From Hyaloraphidium curvatum SAG 235-1 (lineage: Eukaryota; Fungi; Monoblepharomycota), in assembly GCA_025558095.1 (NCBI GenBank), contig JAIVFI010000004.1:124001-188000 (forward strand): a stretch of DNA of 64,000 bases. Direction: 5' to 3'. Both the position numbers and the translations under genes were made by a program. Below are positions 44,955-55,479 of this stretch, piece after piece. Numbering within the stretch: the stretch's first letter is position 1; each line of letters opens with the position of its first letter. Under the pieces are notes generated by a model, which did no database searches, was not told the origin of the DNA, and saw nothing but the letters and a program-made list of their open reading frames with translations.

Positions 44955-46559
44955 ATGGCGCAGTTTGCTCGGACCGAAGAGGAGGCCGCGGCCGCGATTC
45001 GGGCGGGACGCCGCGTGGTACGCCCGGACGCCATCATGTGCATGGAGGACTGCGAGCTGTGGATCAAGACAGCGTGTCTGGCCTGCAAGCGCGCCGACGT
45101 TCCGCTGCGCCGATGCGCCGCCTGCCAGACCGCTCCTTACTGCAGTAAGGAGTGCCAGCGGAGCCACTGGCCCTCGCACCGCGATGCTTGCGGCGTTCTC
45201 GTACACCCTTTCGACTTTGCATGGGCCGTCATCGTCGTGGGAGCCAACCTGAGCCTGGGCTTCACGCACGGAACCGCCGGACGGCCCAAGTCGCAGGCTA
45301 CGACCGTTTGCCCCGCGCTCAACGTGATCTGCGACTACGAAGGTGTCCCCGGGGTTCTGCTGGTTTCGCTCATCAACGCGGAGACGGAGCTGACGAGGCA
45401 GACGTTGGACGCTGTTTCGGGGCTCGGGCTCGAATTCATTCCAGACGCCTACAACAGCAACGCCTCTTTGATCTCGAACGAAGGTCTCACGTTGCAGCAG
45501 GTCACTCCGGGTCTCTTGCTGGACAATGCACGACGCGATCCAAAGTTTCTCACCCTGAGGGAAGCCACTTTGTCGCGGGAAGGGAAGGTCGTACTCGAGC
45601 TCGCCAAGGACCTCGGGATTCAGGCGCAAGTCGTCGTTACGCCCTGGGGTTCCAGCGGAAACGTGGCCATCCCGGCCCATCCTACGCAAGTCTCGGATTC
45701 AAAGGCCACGGCCGCGACCAAAGTCAAGCGCATCGGCGAGGGTCATGTCAAACCCAGAGACGGAGGAGACCATCTGCATCGGGACGTCCTGGCCGCGCCC
45801 GTCCTCACGCCCGAGGCATTGGATCCGCGCAACCGTGCTTCCCCCCTCTTCTTCCGCCGCCCTCTTCCGGCTCGTCCTTATGTGCCGCACTCGATCGAGG
45901 GCCGCGTCACCACCGACTCCCACCACCCCGGCCCCTTCTTTGCCCTCCCGGGCGACACCCTCACGTCCTTCATGCTCTGCACCGCCCTCCCAGCCCCTTC
46001 GCCGAAACCGCTGGGCCTCGCCCCGGGCTCCCGGGCCCAGTTCGTGGAGGTCAACGCCAAAGGGTTGGAGGTTCGGCACCCTTCCGCCTTCCAACATGCG
46101 GGGCTTTTTGAAGGCCGCGGGGCCGCGATGCAGAGATTGCACCGATTCTTTGGGGCCGGAAGGATGGAGGTGGGAGCCGGGCAGGCGGGCGATCATGGAG
46201 GAGCGGGATCGGAGGTTCGGCGTGAAGACGTGCGGGAGGAACCACGACAGCCATCTTTTCATTTCGATGTCGGCGTTCTAGCTCGGTTTCCGACTTCAGC
46301 TCCGGAGCGCCGCGGCCATAAGCGTTCGGCTCAAGAAACAGTGTGTATTCGCCTTCCGAGGAATTTGACGTTACTCCTGCACCGAGTAGTTGGTCTGCGT
46401 CGAGAGATGCCTGTGATAGAGATCTCACCAGAAGGACCGCGTCACGGCGTCGATCTCGATCGGCCGCTTGCCTCCCAACTCAGCACCGCAACCCTCTACC
46501 GCGCTCGAGTTCCCCATCTTCGGTCGCCAAAATGGCCCCGGCCGGTGCTGCACCAGTGA
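44955..46559 (+). CDS. MYND zinc-finger protein (3' end uncertain)
   Basis: CLACKRADVPLRRCAACQTAPYCSKECQRSHWPSHRDAC is a canonical MYND finger. Confidence 0.75.
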   Translation: MAQFARTEEEAAAAIRAGRRVVRPDAIMCMEDCELWIKTACLACKRADVPLRRCAACQTAPYCSKECQRSHWPSHRDACGVLVHPFDFAWAVIVVGANLSLGFTHGTAGRPKSQATTVCPALNVICDYEGVPGVLLVSLINAETELTRQTLDAVSGLGLEFIPDAYNSNASLISNEGLTLQQVTPGLLLDNARRDPKFLTLREATLSREGKVVLELAKDLGIQAQVVVTPWGSSGNVAIPAHPTQVSDSKATAATKVKRIGEGHVKPRDGGDHLHRDVLAAPVLTPEALDPRNRASPLFFRRPLPARPYVPHSIEGRVTTDSHHPGPFFALPGDTLTSFMLCTALPAPSPKPLGLAPGSRAQFVEVNAKGLEVRHPSAFQHAGLFEGRGAAMQRLHRFFGAGRMEVGAGQAGDHGGAGSEVRREDVREEPRQPSFHFDVGVLARFPTSAPERRGHKRSAQETVCIRLPRNLTLLLHRVVGLRREMPVIEISPEGPRHGVDLDRPLASQLSTATLYRARVPHLRSPKWPRPVLHQ

Positions 46560-47490
46560 AGCACAGGACGAACCTGACGCGCAAAGTGTGCCTCGTGACC
46601 GGTGCTGCGAGCGGATTGTTGGGATCCCGTCTGAGCCGCACGAGGTCCGCCTAACGCGTTCCGTTGCCAGCGGGGAGGCCGTTTCGCGACAGCTTGCTTC
46701 CAGGGTATGGTGCGGATTACGTTTGGGCCGAGGAGCTTCCTGACGCGCCACCTGCGCATCGCTTCCGCCGCAGCACCTTCACATTGTCTCCCGCGGGCGA
46801 TTCCTCGACCCAGGGTGCCATTGTCGTCCTTGCGGACCGCGATGCGGAGCGCGGAACGAAGCTTTCTGCGGAGCTGGACGAGAAGTACGCGGGCGAGCTG
46901 GACATTGGCTTCTTTCCCTTCGTTCAATGCGATTTGTCGACGCCGGCCGGCGTCAAGGCGGCGTTCGACGAGGCCATCAAGCGGTTCGGGACTCTCGACA
47001 TCCGCCGACCCTTCCCGTCTACGTTGGTTGCCCCCTGCCGCAACAGCCTTGCTGTGCTCACACGTTTTCGTTCTCTCCGGGCCGATCACCGTACACAATG
47101 TCCATTTGCTCCATTACTCGTCGCCGATTCAAGGCCGCCACCAAGGCCGCCGTCTACCACCTCGGTCGCTCCCTGGGCACCCTGTATCCCAACATCCACG
47201 TCTTCACCATCTGCCCCGGCGCCGTGCAGACCAACCTCAAGGGCGCCACCAAGGTGCCCGGCGCCGGCGAGTTCAACCAATCCAAGGCGATCCAGCGCGG
47301 CCTGGCGATCATGCAGACCGACGACGTCGCGGATGCGATGATTTACTGCGTAGACCACGCGGATGAGCTGCCGAGGGGCGCGGCGCTGACGGTGTCGCCG
47401 CCGGGGATCGCGCTGCTCGAGACCGAGACCAAGGTGGGGACCAAGATCAAGGACGTGCGGAAGCGGGAGCAGGGGAAGCAGAAGCTGTAG
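46532..47490 (+). pseudogene. Short-chain dehydrogenase/reductase with an internal deletion and frameshift
   Basis: KVCLVTGAASG(F)GEA, VVLADRD, FVQCD, FGTLDI are followed directly, out of frame, by PPTLPVY|AATKAAV (YxxxK). The NNAG and Ser-strand segment is absent. Confidence 0.65.
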
Positions 47491-47709
47491 CACTGGTCAG
47501 CGATGATGAGGCAGCCAGGTCAATCACGGCTTTAGCAACATCTACGAGCCGTTTCCGGTGGAGTAGCGCGTGTTGGGCACAGCAGCTTGGCCAATGCGGC
47601 ACGAATGGATACGGAAGGCCATCGTTTGTCCCCCCCGTGACAAGCGGCCCATCGAACCCAAAGCACCGGCGCGGCGCGCGCAAAAGCCACCGACACACAT
47701 ACCAACGCG

Positions 47710-49191
47710 TCACGCGATCGGACACGCCGACTGCACCGTCACCCACACTCCCGCCCCCCTCAGGATCCCGTACAACCCCACTCCGACCGTCAGCGCCGTG
47801 ACGAGCAAGCCCCTGAGCACGCCGTAGTCCACCGGGAACCCAAACACCCTTGCGCGCTCCGACTCCGCTGCGGCCCGGAACCCGGCCAGCACCCGTGCGT
47901 TGGCGCGCAGCCGCGCGGCCTCCGGGTGGCCCGGCACGCGGGCGAGGAGGAGGTCCAGCTCGTTGCGGGCGCGGGAGTAGAGCGCGGCGGTGCGCACCGC
48001 GCCGGCGCTGGCGGCGGCAACGCTGGCAAGGAAGCGGAGCAGGAGACCGGCGAGGATGCCGAAGGTCGAAGCGAGGAGGTAGGCGGGGATGCAGCCCGAG
48101 CCGAGCACGGTGATGGCCATGGCTAGAATGCCGAAGCTCATGAGGCTGACGATCGCGGTTACCGTGGTCGTCGTTGCACCGCTCAGCGCACGCCACGAGG
48201 GCACGAGGGCGAGGTGCACCTCGACGTACGGCTCGACTGCCGGCCAGGTGACAGGCTTGAAGGCGGATTCGGAACACCGCGAGAGGAACGCAGAGAGGGC
48301 GCGGACGGCTGCACGGCTTTCCAGCCTTGGCTGGAGCCCTTGCAAGGCGACGTCCTTTGCGACCGAATCCAGGACCATGCTGCAGGAAATGCAGGTGTTT
48401 GCTGCAAGCACGTATGCCGCAAGTGCCGCTCTCCACGGCGAAGTCCACGTCTGCTGCCCGAACGACACGACAGCCGTCCAGAACATCAGCGGCCCGTAAA
48501 CAAAGGCGTCCCCAAGAAGGTTGAGCAGCAGCACGGCCCACTGCAGCACCGCGGAGGTCCCAGCAATCGGGCCTGCGCAGGACGGCGCCGGGCAGGGACA
48601 GAGGGGATTCGATTCCTCGTGCGCGACGAGGGATCCCGCGGCGTCCCCGGACGGTTCCGGATCCGATCCGTCCGTAGCCGCCGCGGCCAGGCACAGCTGC
48701 TTCCAACGTGCAAACTGGGCGTAAGGATGCCGGTCCAGAACGGCGCGGGCAGCCTCGGCGGCTTGGGTAATTGGTGGCGTCGACACGGCGAAGCTGATTT
48801 CGGTGACGAAGAATGCGGCGGCTCCTGCCGCCAGTCCCCTAGTCGAGAACGACCCCGAGTCCGCCGCCAAAGGCCAGAAAGTGACCAGCATCAGCGCGGC
48901 CCGGGGGACGGAATAAAGCGCCGCGCGCTCCCAGAACCGGCCGTTAAGCGGCGGGTTGTGCCTGCTCAGGCGCAGCAAGGCGCGGTGCGCCAGCGATCCC
49001 GAAAACGCGCGGAAGAGATCCGTCCACGTCAACGGCGACGTCTTCCTGGCGTCCACTCCGGGGTCGTGCTCGGCCGCGCCGTCGGGCGAGTCGCGGGAGA
49101 GATTCGGGGAGGGGGACGTCGGGGCGGGGAGAAGGCAAAGCCACTCCGCGCCCGAGAGGCCGCCCGTCGCCTCTGGCGTTGAAAAATCCAC
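47710..49191 (-). CDS. 7-TM GR-like/7TMIC-like family, paralog C
   Basis: VAHEESNPLCPCPAPSC, FWTAVVSFGQQTWTSPWRA, RARVFGFPVDYGVLRGLLVTALTVGVGLYGILRG, ends SACPIA. The ORF track opens it at a non-ATG codon, so the true start is uncertain. Confidence 0.75.
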   Translation of the reverse strand: MDFSTPEATGGLSGAEWLCLLPAPTSPSPNLSRDSPDGAAEHDPGVDARKTSPLTWTDLFRAFSGSLAHRALLRLSRHNPPLNGRFWERAALYSVPRAALMLVTFWPLAADSGSFSTRGLAAGAAAFFVTEISFAVSTPPITQAAEAARAVLDRHPYAQFARWKQLCLAAAATDGSDPEPSGDAAGSLVAHEESNPLCPCPAPSCAGPIAGTSAVLQWAVLLLNLLGDAFVYGPLMFWTAVVSFGQQTWTSPWRAALAAYVLAANTCISCSMVLDSVAKDVALQGLQPRLESRAAVRALSAFLSRCSESAFKPVTWPAVEPYVEVHLALVPSWRALSGATTTTVTAIVSLMSFGILAMAITVLGSGCIPAYLLASTFGILAGLLLRFLASVAAASAGAVRTAALYSRARNELDLLLARVPGHPEAARLRANARVLAGFRAAAESERARVFGFPVDYGVLRGLLVTALTVGVGLYGILRGAGVWVTVQSACPIA

Positions 49192-49339
49192 TGCGTCTTC
49201 CGCGGTTTCATGTTTACGGGCGCGCAGCTGCTCGCGTCGTCATGCATTTCGGAACGGATCGTCGGACAAAATGCAATGATGTTCACTGAAAGGCAGGATC
49301 ATTGATCCCTGCAGCTACATCCACCCCTCCTGCGCCCCT

Positions 49340-50296
49340 TCACAGGTTTGCCCTCGACGCCTGCCCGTCGTCGACGCGGATCGTCGCCCCCGTGACAAAC
49401 TCGGAGCTCGGCGAGACCAGGTACAGCAGCGTGCTGTCGAGCTGCGCCGGGTCGCCCATCCGCTTGCGAGGGAAGGCCTGGGTGATGTCGCCCACGCGGG
49501 AGAGCATGCCGTCCATCATCTCCGAGGCGAACCTGGCGAACAGGGTGAGATGGGAACAGGTTGGGAGGGCGAGAAACCCACGCGCCGGGCGCGATGCAAT
49601 TAACATTAATCCCGAAGTGCGCCCAGTCCATGGCAAGCGCCTCGGTCATCCTCGCGATCGCGGTCTTGGTCACGGCGTACAGCGCCGCCCCGGTCCCGTT
49701 GTAGCTAAAGTGCGCGGTCGACGAGATGTTGACGATCCGGCCGGGCAGCTTGGCGGCGATCAACCGGCGTGCGACCTCGCACGCGAGGATCCACGGACCG
49801 CGCAAGTTAACACCAAGAACCTTGTCCACGAACTCGACCGACATCTTGTGGGCGCGCTGCGCGTCGGGGCTGCCGGCAACGAGCAATCAGACCACTTCCA
49901 ACCCTCGTTCGGGCGCCATTCCCACATTCCGGCGTTGTTGACCAAAATCTGCACGGGCTGGCCGAAGTGCTCCTGGGCCTTGGCGACCCCGGCGATGATC
50001 TGCTGGGCATCCACGACGTCCATGGCGATCGGCAGGGCCACCCCTCCCTCGGCCTCGATCTCCTTGGCCAGCGCCTGCAGGTTCTGTTTGCCAGAACGCG
50101 GGAATCAGCGTCTCCCGCCATTGAACGCCGCGAGAAGGGGCCCGACCTCGATCCGCCGCGCGCAGATGGCGACCTTAGCGCCGCACTTGGCAAGCACCTT
50201 GGCGAAGCGCACGCCCAGGCCTGCCGAGGCGCCCGTGACGAGGGCAACCTGGCCCTTCAGATCCGTCGAGAAGTTGGGGTTGGGGAAGGCGGGCAT
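49340..50296 (-). CDS. Classical SDR oxidoreductase (FabG-like), three introns
   Basis: TGASAGLG, LVNNAG, IVNISS, YAVTK, NCIAPG, VTGATIRVDDG. Confidence 0.9.
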
Positions 50297-50636
50297 CGCG
50301 GTTCCGGTCGCGTGGGGGAAGTAGGAGGAAGGATGGGGGCGAGTGGGGGTTTTGAGGGTTTGGAACGGTTCCGGTCGCGGGGGAGAGGTTCCGAGGAAGG
50401 ATGAGGATGGGGTTTCGGCGACCGTGGAACGAGATTGCGGCGGGAAACGAGCGGGGGACGTGGAGCGGGCCGGGATGTTTGTCCGGCCCGGACGGCGCGC
50501 CGAAGCCGCCCACGTTCACGCACCGTCAGAATGTGAAGCCAGAGCAACAAACGGATTTTTGGGCTGACTATACAGGAAACTTGAATGTGCACGTTTTCCG
50601 GCCTATGTATGGCACCCTTTTGCCCCCACAGCCGCC

Positions 50637-51942
50637 TCAAAGCTTGGCGCCGACGATCGTGGCCTTGGGCACCTCCTGGAGCACCTTGATCGCCCCGGCG
50701 ACCATCTCGTCGACGATTTGCTTCGCGGGGAGCACGTCGCCAATCGCACCGGCGACCTGTCATCGGGGAATCGGCGGTCAGAAGGACGACCAAACACCAG
50801 CGGAGACACGGAACCCACGCTGCCCATCAGCAGGCTGCGGCTGTTGATCATGACGTCCGCGGGGATCTCGCCCTGCTCCTTCTCGATCTTCTCGAGGTCG
50901 TGGCTCACGGGGAGGATTCCCTTGGAGGTGAGCTGCACAAAGGGCCGGTCGTCAGTCGCGAGGCGCGACGAGAGCCCGGGGAAAACGCACGTCCTTGATC
51001 TCGTCCCGCCTATTCTCCTCCCAGTTCATCACGTACGGGTTTTTGAGCACCCTCAGCGGCCTGCCCGAGAAGATGATGGTCCTGATGGTGCTGTCGTAGT
51101 CCGCCTTGACGATGGCGTCCTTGTGCCTCTGTGGGGCGCCGGCCTCGAGCGACGCCACGAAGCGCGTGCCGACCCAGACCGCCTGCGCGCCGAAGCACAG
51201 CGCCATGGCGAGCGAGCGGCCGTCGAAGATGCCGCCGGCGGCGATCACGGGGACCTGCTCGCCCGTGAGGGGGGACTTGTGCCCGCGGACCATGTCGACG
51301 GCCTTGGGGATCAGCACCGAAGTGGGAACGTCGCCCGTGTGCCCGCCGCCCTCGCCGCCCTGAGCGCAGATGATGTCGACGCCCACCGCGAGCGCCTTCG
51401 GGATGTGCTTGGGAGCGCCGACCATGTTCATCACCGCGATGCCGTTCTTGTGGAGCTTGTCCACGGCCCACTGCGGCGGCACGCCGACGGCGCAGACGAA
51501 CAGCTTGGCGCCGCCCTCGATGATGACGTCGATGAGCTCGGGGAGCTTGCCGCCCGTGTAGTCCTTGTTGGTCTTGCGCGCGTTGCCGCCGACCTGGGGC
51601 AGCAGCAGGTCCACGCCGAAGGGAGCGGATTTGTCGGTCATGTAGGACTTGATCTCCTCGATCTGCACGCGGAGCATCTCGGGGGTGTAGCCGAGGCCGC
51701 CGATCACGCCCATGCCGCCGGCGTTGGTGACCGCGGCAGCGAGCTCGGGGCCGGCGGCGACGTTCATCCCGGCCTGTGTGTACCGCGGTCAGTCCGAGAT
51801 CGCCGCTGCCCGGGGATACGACCCACCAGGAGGATCGGGTGCTTGATGCCGAACATCTGCGCGGGCGGGGTCGGTCAGTGGGAGACGGCATGGGGGACGC
51901 CCGCGGGGCCACCTTGGTGATCTGCGTCTGGAGGGCGGCCAT
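50637..51942 (-). CDS. Nitronate monooxygenase / 2-nitropropane dioxygenase family flavoprotein, multi-exon
   Basis: HPILL|AGMNVAAGPELAAAVTNAGG, QGGEGGGHTG, IAAGGIFDGR, VWVGTRF. Confidence 0.92.
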
Positions 51943-52383
51943 CGCGGCAACAGTTGCGGAGGGGAGAAGGGCGGGAAGAGCGGAAAGGCGGGCCGGGAAA
52001 GGAGAGTGAGTCGGGCGGAAGGCGGGACGGCGGAAAGTCGATCGCGCCGCGCTGCATGGGCGACAACACGGAGTCAGCCCCAATCCCTCGCCAGCGATTG
52101 TGCAACAATCTGCATGATGCGGCCTGGGATTAGATAGACTGGATATCCATCCGTGCGGGTGGGCGGCAGGGATCGATGGTTCGGCGGGGACCGATGATAT
52201 GTGACTGAGCGTATGGACGAAGCAGTCAAAAGACGGCTGATCAAGTGCCAGAATGCGATGCGATGCACCTGTATCTTCAGCTCGCGAGGAGCCGTGGCCA
52301 AGGTGCTGGCTGTTGAACGATGTGCTGCACGGGTTTTCACGTGAAGGTGATGGTTCAGGCTGTCCCCCACGAAACCGTCATAC

Positions 52384-53505
52384 ATGTCCGAGCCCGCGGC
52401 GCCCTCGCTGCTGTCGGTCCCGCCGGAGCTGCACCTGCGCATCGCGTGGCATCTGCGCGGCGATGCGGCGGCGCTGCGGCGGCTGGCGGGGGCGTGCCGC
52501 GCGCTGCGGGATGCCGCGGACGACAACGCGGCCTGGCGCAGCGCCTATGCCGCGCTGCTCGCGCCGAAGCAGCGCGCGACGATGCCCAAGCCTTGCGATT
52601 ACCATTTCCTGATCGACTTTGGCGGCCAGCCGGACGTCCTCTCCTCCGCGCCGCCCGGCCCGCTCGCCGGCGCGCTGCGGGAGCGCCGCAGGCGCGGCCT
52701 CGTGCCCGCCGCGCTGGCCCGCGAGGTCGATTCCCTGCTCGCCGATCTCGACTCCCTCGCACCCGCGGACGCCGTGGAGGCCCGCGCCGACCTGTCGCGG
52801 CTGCTGCTCGCCACCTTCCCCGCCTTCCTCGCGCCCGCCCCCTCCCCACCGCCCTTCTCCTCCCCGTGGAAGCTCTCCTTCCACGTCCTCCTCCGGGACC
52901 TCCGCCGCACCTTCGTCACGCCCTCCGAGCTCGCCGCCTGCGACTTCGACGTGCGCTTCCGCGGCGCCGGCTGGCTGGGCTGGCCCGATGGCGGCGGCGG
53001 CCCTTCCCCGCGGCGCTTCTCCGCGCGGCACTCGCCCGACGGCACCGTTCTCTTCGACGGGCACAGGATGGCGTGGCGGTTCGTCGGGGACGTGGACGCC
53101 GGCGGGTCCCGCGGCTGGTTCGGCGCCGCGAGGCCGGGGGGCGCGCACCATTCCCGCTGCGTGAGGATGGTGCAGACCGAGATGTACCCGCCCAAGAGCG
53201 TCGCGAGGGCGTCGGACGGGGGGTGGGTGCTGTTCAACGCGCAGGTGGTCTACATAAGCGTGGACGCCGGGCCGGAGGAGGCCGCCGAGGGGGAGGGTGA
53301 AGGGCAGGAGACGGATGGGGGGGATGCGGTGCCGGTGCAGCAGGCGCTGCTGCACCACGGCAACCCCGCGCTGGGCGCGGGGCTGGGGTACAACGGCCCG
53401 CACGGCGGGCCGGGGATCGCGTTCGCGAAGGAAGTGGTCAAGGTGCTGGCTTTCCACGCGGCCGTGGTGTTCGGATTCGGGCTGTTTGTCGCTTGGATGA
53501 TGTAA
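52384..53505 (+). CDS. F-box protein with a C-terminal hydrophobic segment
   Basis: LLSVPPELHLRIAWHL...LRRLAGACRALRDAADDNAAW (F-box-like); ends VLAFHAAVVFGFGLFVAWMM. Confidence 0.65.
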   Translation: MSEPAAPSLLSVPPELHLRIAWHLRGDAAALRRLAGACRALRDAADDNAAWRSAYAALLAPKQRATMPKPCDYHFLIDFGGQPDVLSSAPPGPLAGALRERRRRGLVPAALAREVDSLLADLDSLAPADAVEARADLSRLLLATFPAFLAPAPSPPPFSSPWKLSFHVLLRDLRRTFVTPSELAACDFDVRFRGAGWLGWPDGGGGPSPRRFSARHSPDGTVLFDGHRMAWRFVGDVDAGGSRGWFGAARPGGAHHSRCVRMVQTEMYPPKSVARASDGGWVLFNAQVVYISVDAGPEEAAEGEGEGQETDGGDAVPVQQALLHHGNPALGAGLGYNGPHGGPGIAFAKEVVKVLAFHAAVVFGFGLFVAWMM

Positions 53506-53784
53506 TTCTCGCAATGCGAGGCGGATTTGGCGTGCCGGATGAGCAGCCGCGCGGTGGCTCGGGACGAGGCTAGAGGTCGGGGCGTCACGCCGAGCCCCGC
53601 GGGGCGATCGATGCCACCGAGCCATCGCTTCAGCTCCATCCATCCTCCTCCGTCGTTCTCTGCATTTTCCAAATCGAGCATCCGACGACCCCGGAGCTCC
53701 CTCCACTAGCGCGGCCCGCGACCTCGGTCCCTCCTCACCCACCGATCACCGCCCTCTTCCCCTCCGCCGTACGCGACGAATCCC

Positions 53785-55221
53785 ATGCCTCCTCCCCGCA
53801 AAAAACGGCGCATCGAGCGTCCCGAGCCCGTCGACGGGTCTGCATCCCCCTGCGCCGCGGCGGAGCCGTCCCCCGACGCGCCCCGCGCCTTCCCCGTCGA
53901 GCTCTTCAAGGCCATTTCCGAGCACCTGCACCCGACGAGCAGGACGCTGCTCCGCCTCGCGCTCGCGTCCAAGGCGATCTACGTGCTGCTGCTCCCCCGC
54001 CGCATGTCGGTGGTGCGGCTGTGCCGCATCGTGCAGCGCGTCGACAGGCCGCCGCTGCCGCGGACGGCCATCATGCGGCGGCTGGAGGGGTTCCTCGGCG
54101 ACGCTTTGGGGGCGGACAAGTTCGCGCACGCAAAGAGGTTGGAGCTCGGGCGGTTTTTGGGCGACAGGGAGTTCGATTCGGAGGGGTACAGGGCGGCCGT
54201 CGGGAGGCTGCTTTCGCTGTGCAGGAACGCGTCGAGCGTGAGCGTGGACGGGCTGCCCGGGTACGCGGTGCCGTTGCTCGCCGGGATGCCGCGCCTCGAG
54301 GTGCTCGAGGTGGCCAACGAGCTCCGCGACGTGGAGGAGGTCGCCCGCCATACGTGGCGGCTCGAGCGGCTGGCGGTCAGGGACGAAAAGGCCGCCGAGG
54401 CGTTCGGTACCGGCCCCCGCGCGATCGAGGTGCGGCGGGCAAAGGGCGCGCGGTCGTTTGCGGTGCCGGGGCTCGTGTCGCTGCAGTTTTCGAACCACGC
54501 GGGGGTCGGGATGCCCGCGGGGGAGATGCCCCGGCTGAGGGAGGTGGATCTGACGGGGATCAGCGGGGTCGATGCGGGGACGGTGAACAGGATCGCGGAG
54601 CTCGCTCCGCGGCTGGAGAGGATGCGGGTGCGGTTCACCCTGCGCGACGCCAGGGCCACCGCGGCGCTGACGGACGAGGCGGTGGCGCTGATCGACCATT
54701 TCGAGGACGAGCACGTGCTGGTGCATCTGGAAGCCATGCTGGCGCGGCCGGCGTTCAACCCGCGCTCGGTGCTGGACTACCAGTACTCGTCGACCACGGA
54801 CGGGGCCACGGAGGAGAAGCGGCAGCTCGTGGCGGACATGCTGAGGCGGTCGGCGCGCATCTGGCCGCTGCTGTGCGCGAGGACGAACCTGAAGGAGGTG
54901 ACCTGTTGGTACCTGCCGACCGTACTGCTCGCGGGGGCGGTCCCGCCGGCGCTGGAGAAGCTCACGGCGGTGGTGGCGTGGCCGTGCCTCGGCGCGGGGG
55001 AACTGCACGTCGCGGCGTACAACCTGCGCAGGGCGGGTGTGAGGCCCGTGTTCAGGGGGTTCAGGGTGGGCGAGGCGCTGCCGGCGGACGTGGCCCCGCC
55101 CGTGGGGGAGGCGGCGGTGCGGGACGAGATCACCCATTGGAGGAGGGGGACGCCCAATGCGGGCAATCCGGACTACAGCCAGGGGGAACGGCACGCGCCG
55201 CCGCCGCCGCAGGACGACTGA
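53785..55221 (+). CDS. F-box-like protein with degenerate LRRs and an N-terminal NLS-like motif
   Basis: MPPPRKKRR, FPVELFKAISEHL..TLLRLALASK, repeated MPRLEVLEV / MPRLREVDL / APRLERMRV. Confidence 0.6.
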   Translation: MPPPRKKRRIERPEPVDGSASPCAAAEPSPDAPRAFPVELFKAISEHLHPTSRTLLRLALASKAIYVLLLPRRMSVVRLCRIVQRVDRPPLPRTAIMRRLEGFLGDALGADKFAHAKRLELGRFLGDREFDSEGYRAAVGRLLSLCRNASSVSVDGLPGYAVPLLAGMPRLEVLEVANELRDVEEVARHTWRLERLAVRDEKAAEAFGTGPRAIEVRRAKGARSFAVPGLVSLQFSNHAGVGMPAGEMPRLREVDLTGISGVDAGTVNRIAELAPRLERMRVRFTLRDARATAALTDEAVALIDHFEDEHVLVHLEAMLARPAFNPRSVLDYQYSSTTDGATEEKRQLVADMLRRSARIWPLLCARTNLKEVTCWYLPTVLLAGAVPPALEKLTAVVAWPCLGAGELHVAAYNLRRAGVRPVFRGFRVGEALPADVAPPVGEAAVRDEITHWRRGTPNAGNPDYSQGERHAPPPPQDD

Positions 55222-55479
55222 ATGGGGAGGGAGGTTGTATTTGCGATCGGCGAGATGGGGCGGGGCGGACGTGCCCGGGATGGGGCCGGAGTGTAAACTA
55301 TGGAGAGCCTACGTGTAATTTAGTGCCCGGCGAGTCGCGCCGATCGGGATCGAGCGGGACCGGGGCAGATCGCCACCGGCACGTGTGCGTTCGCGTCAGT
55401 CGCCGCGGCTGCGGACACGCACCACCACTTTTTCGGGACTTTCGGGCGATCCCAGCCCACCGCTACATGGCCGGCTAGA

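Noticed and set aside
38959-51942. Secondary-metabolite or detox cluster (ABCB, SDRs, nitronate monooxygenase)
   Set aside because: No backbone synthase or pathway regulator, and unrelated genes are interspersed.
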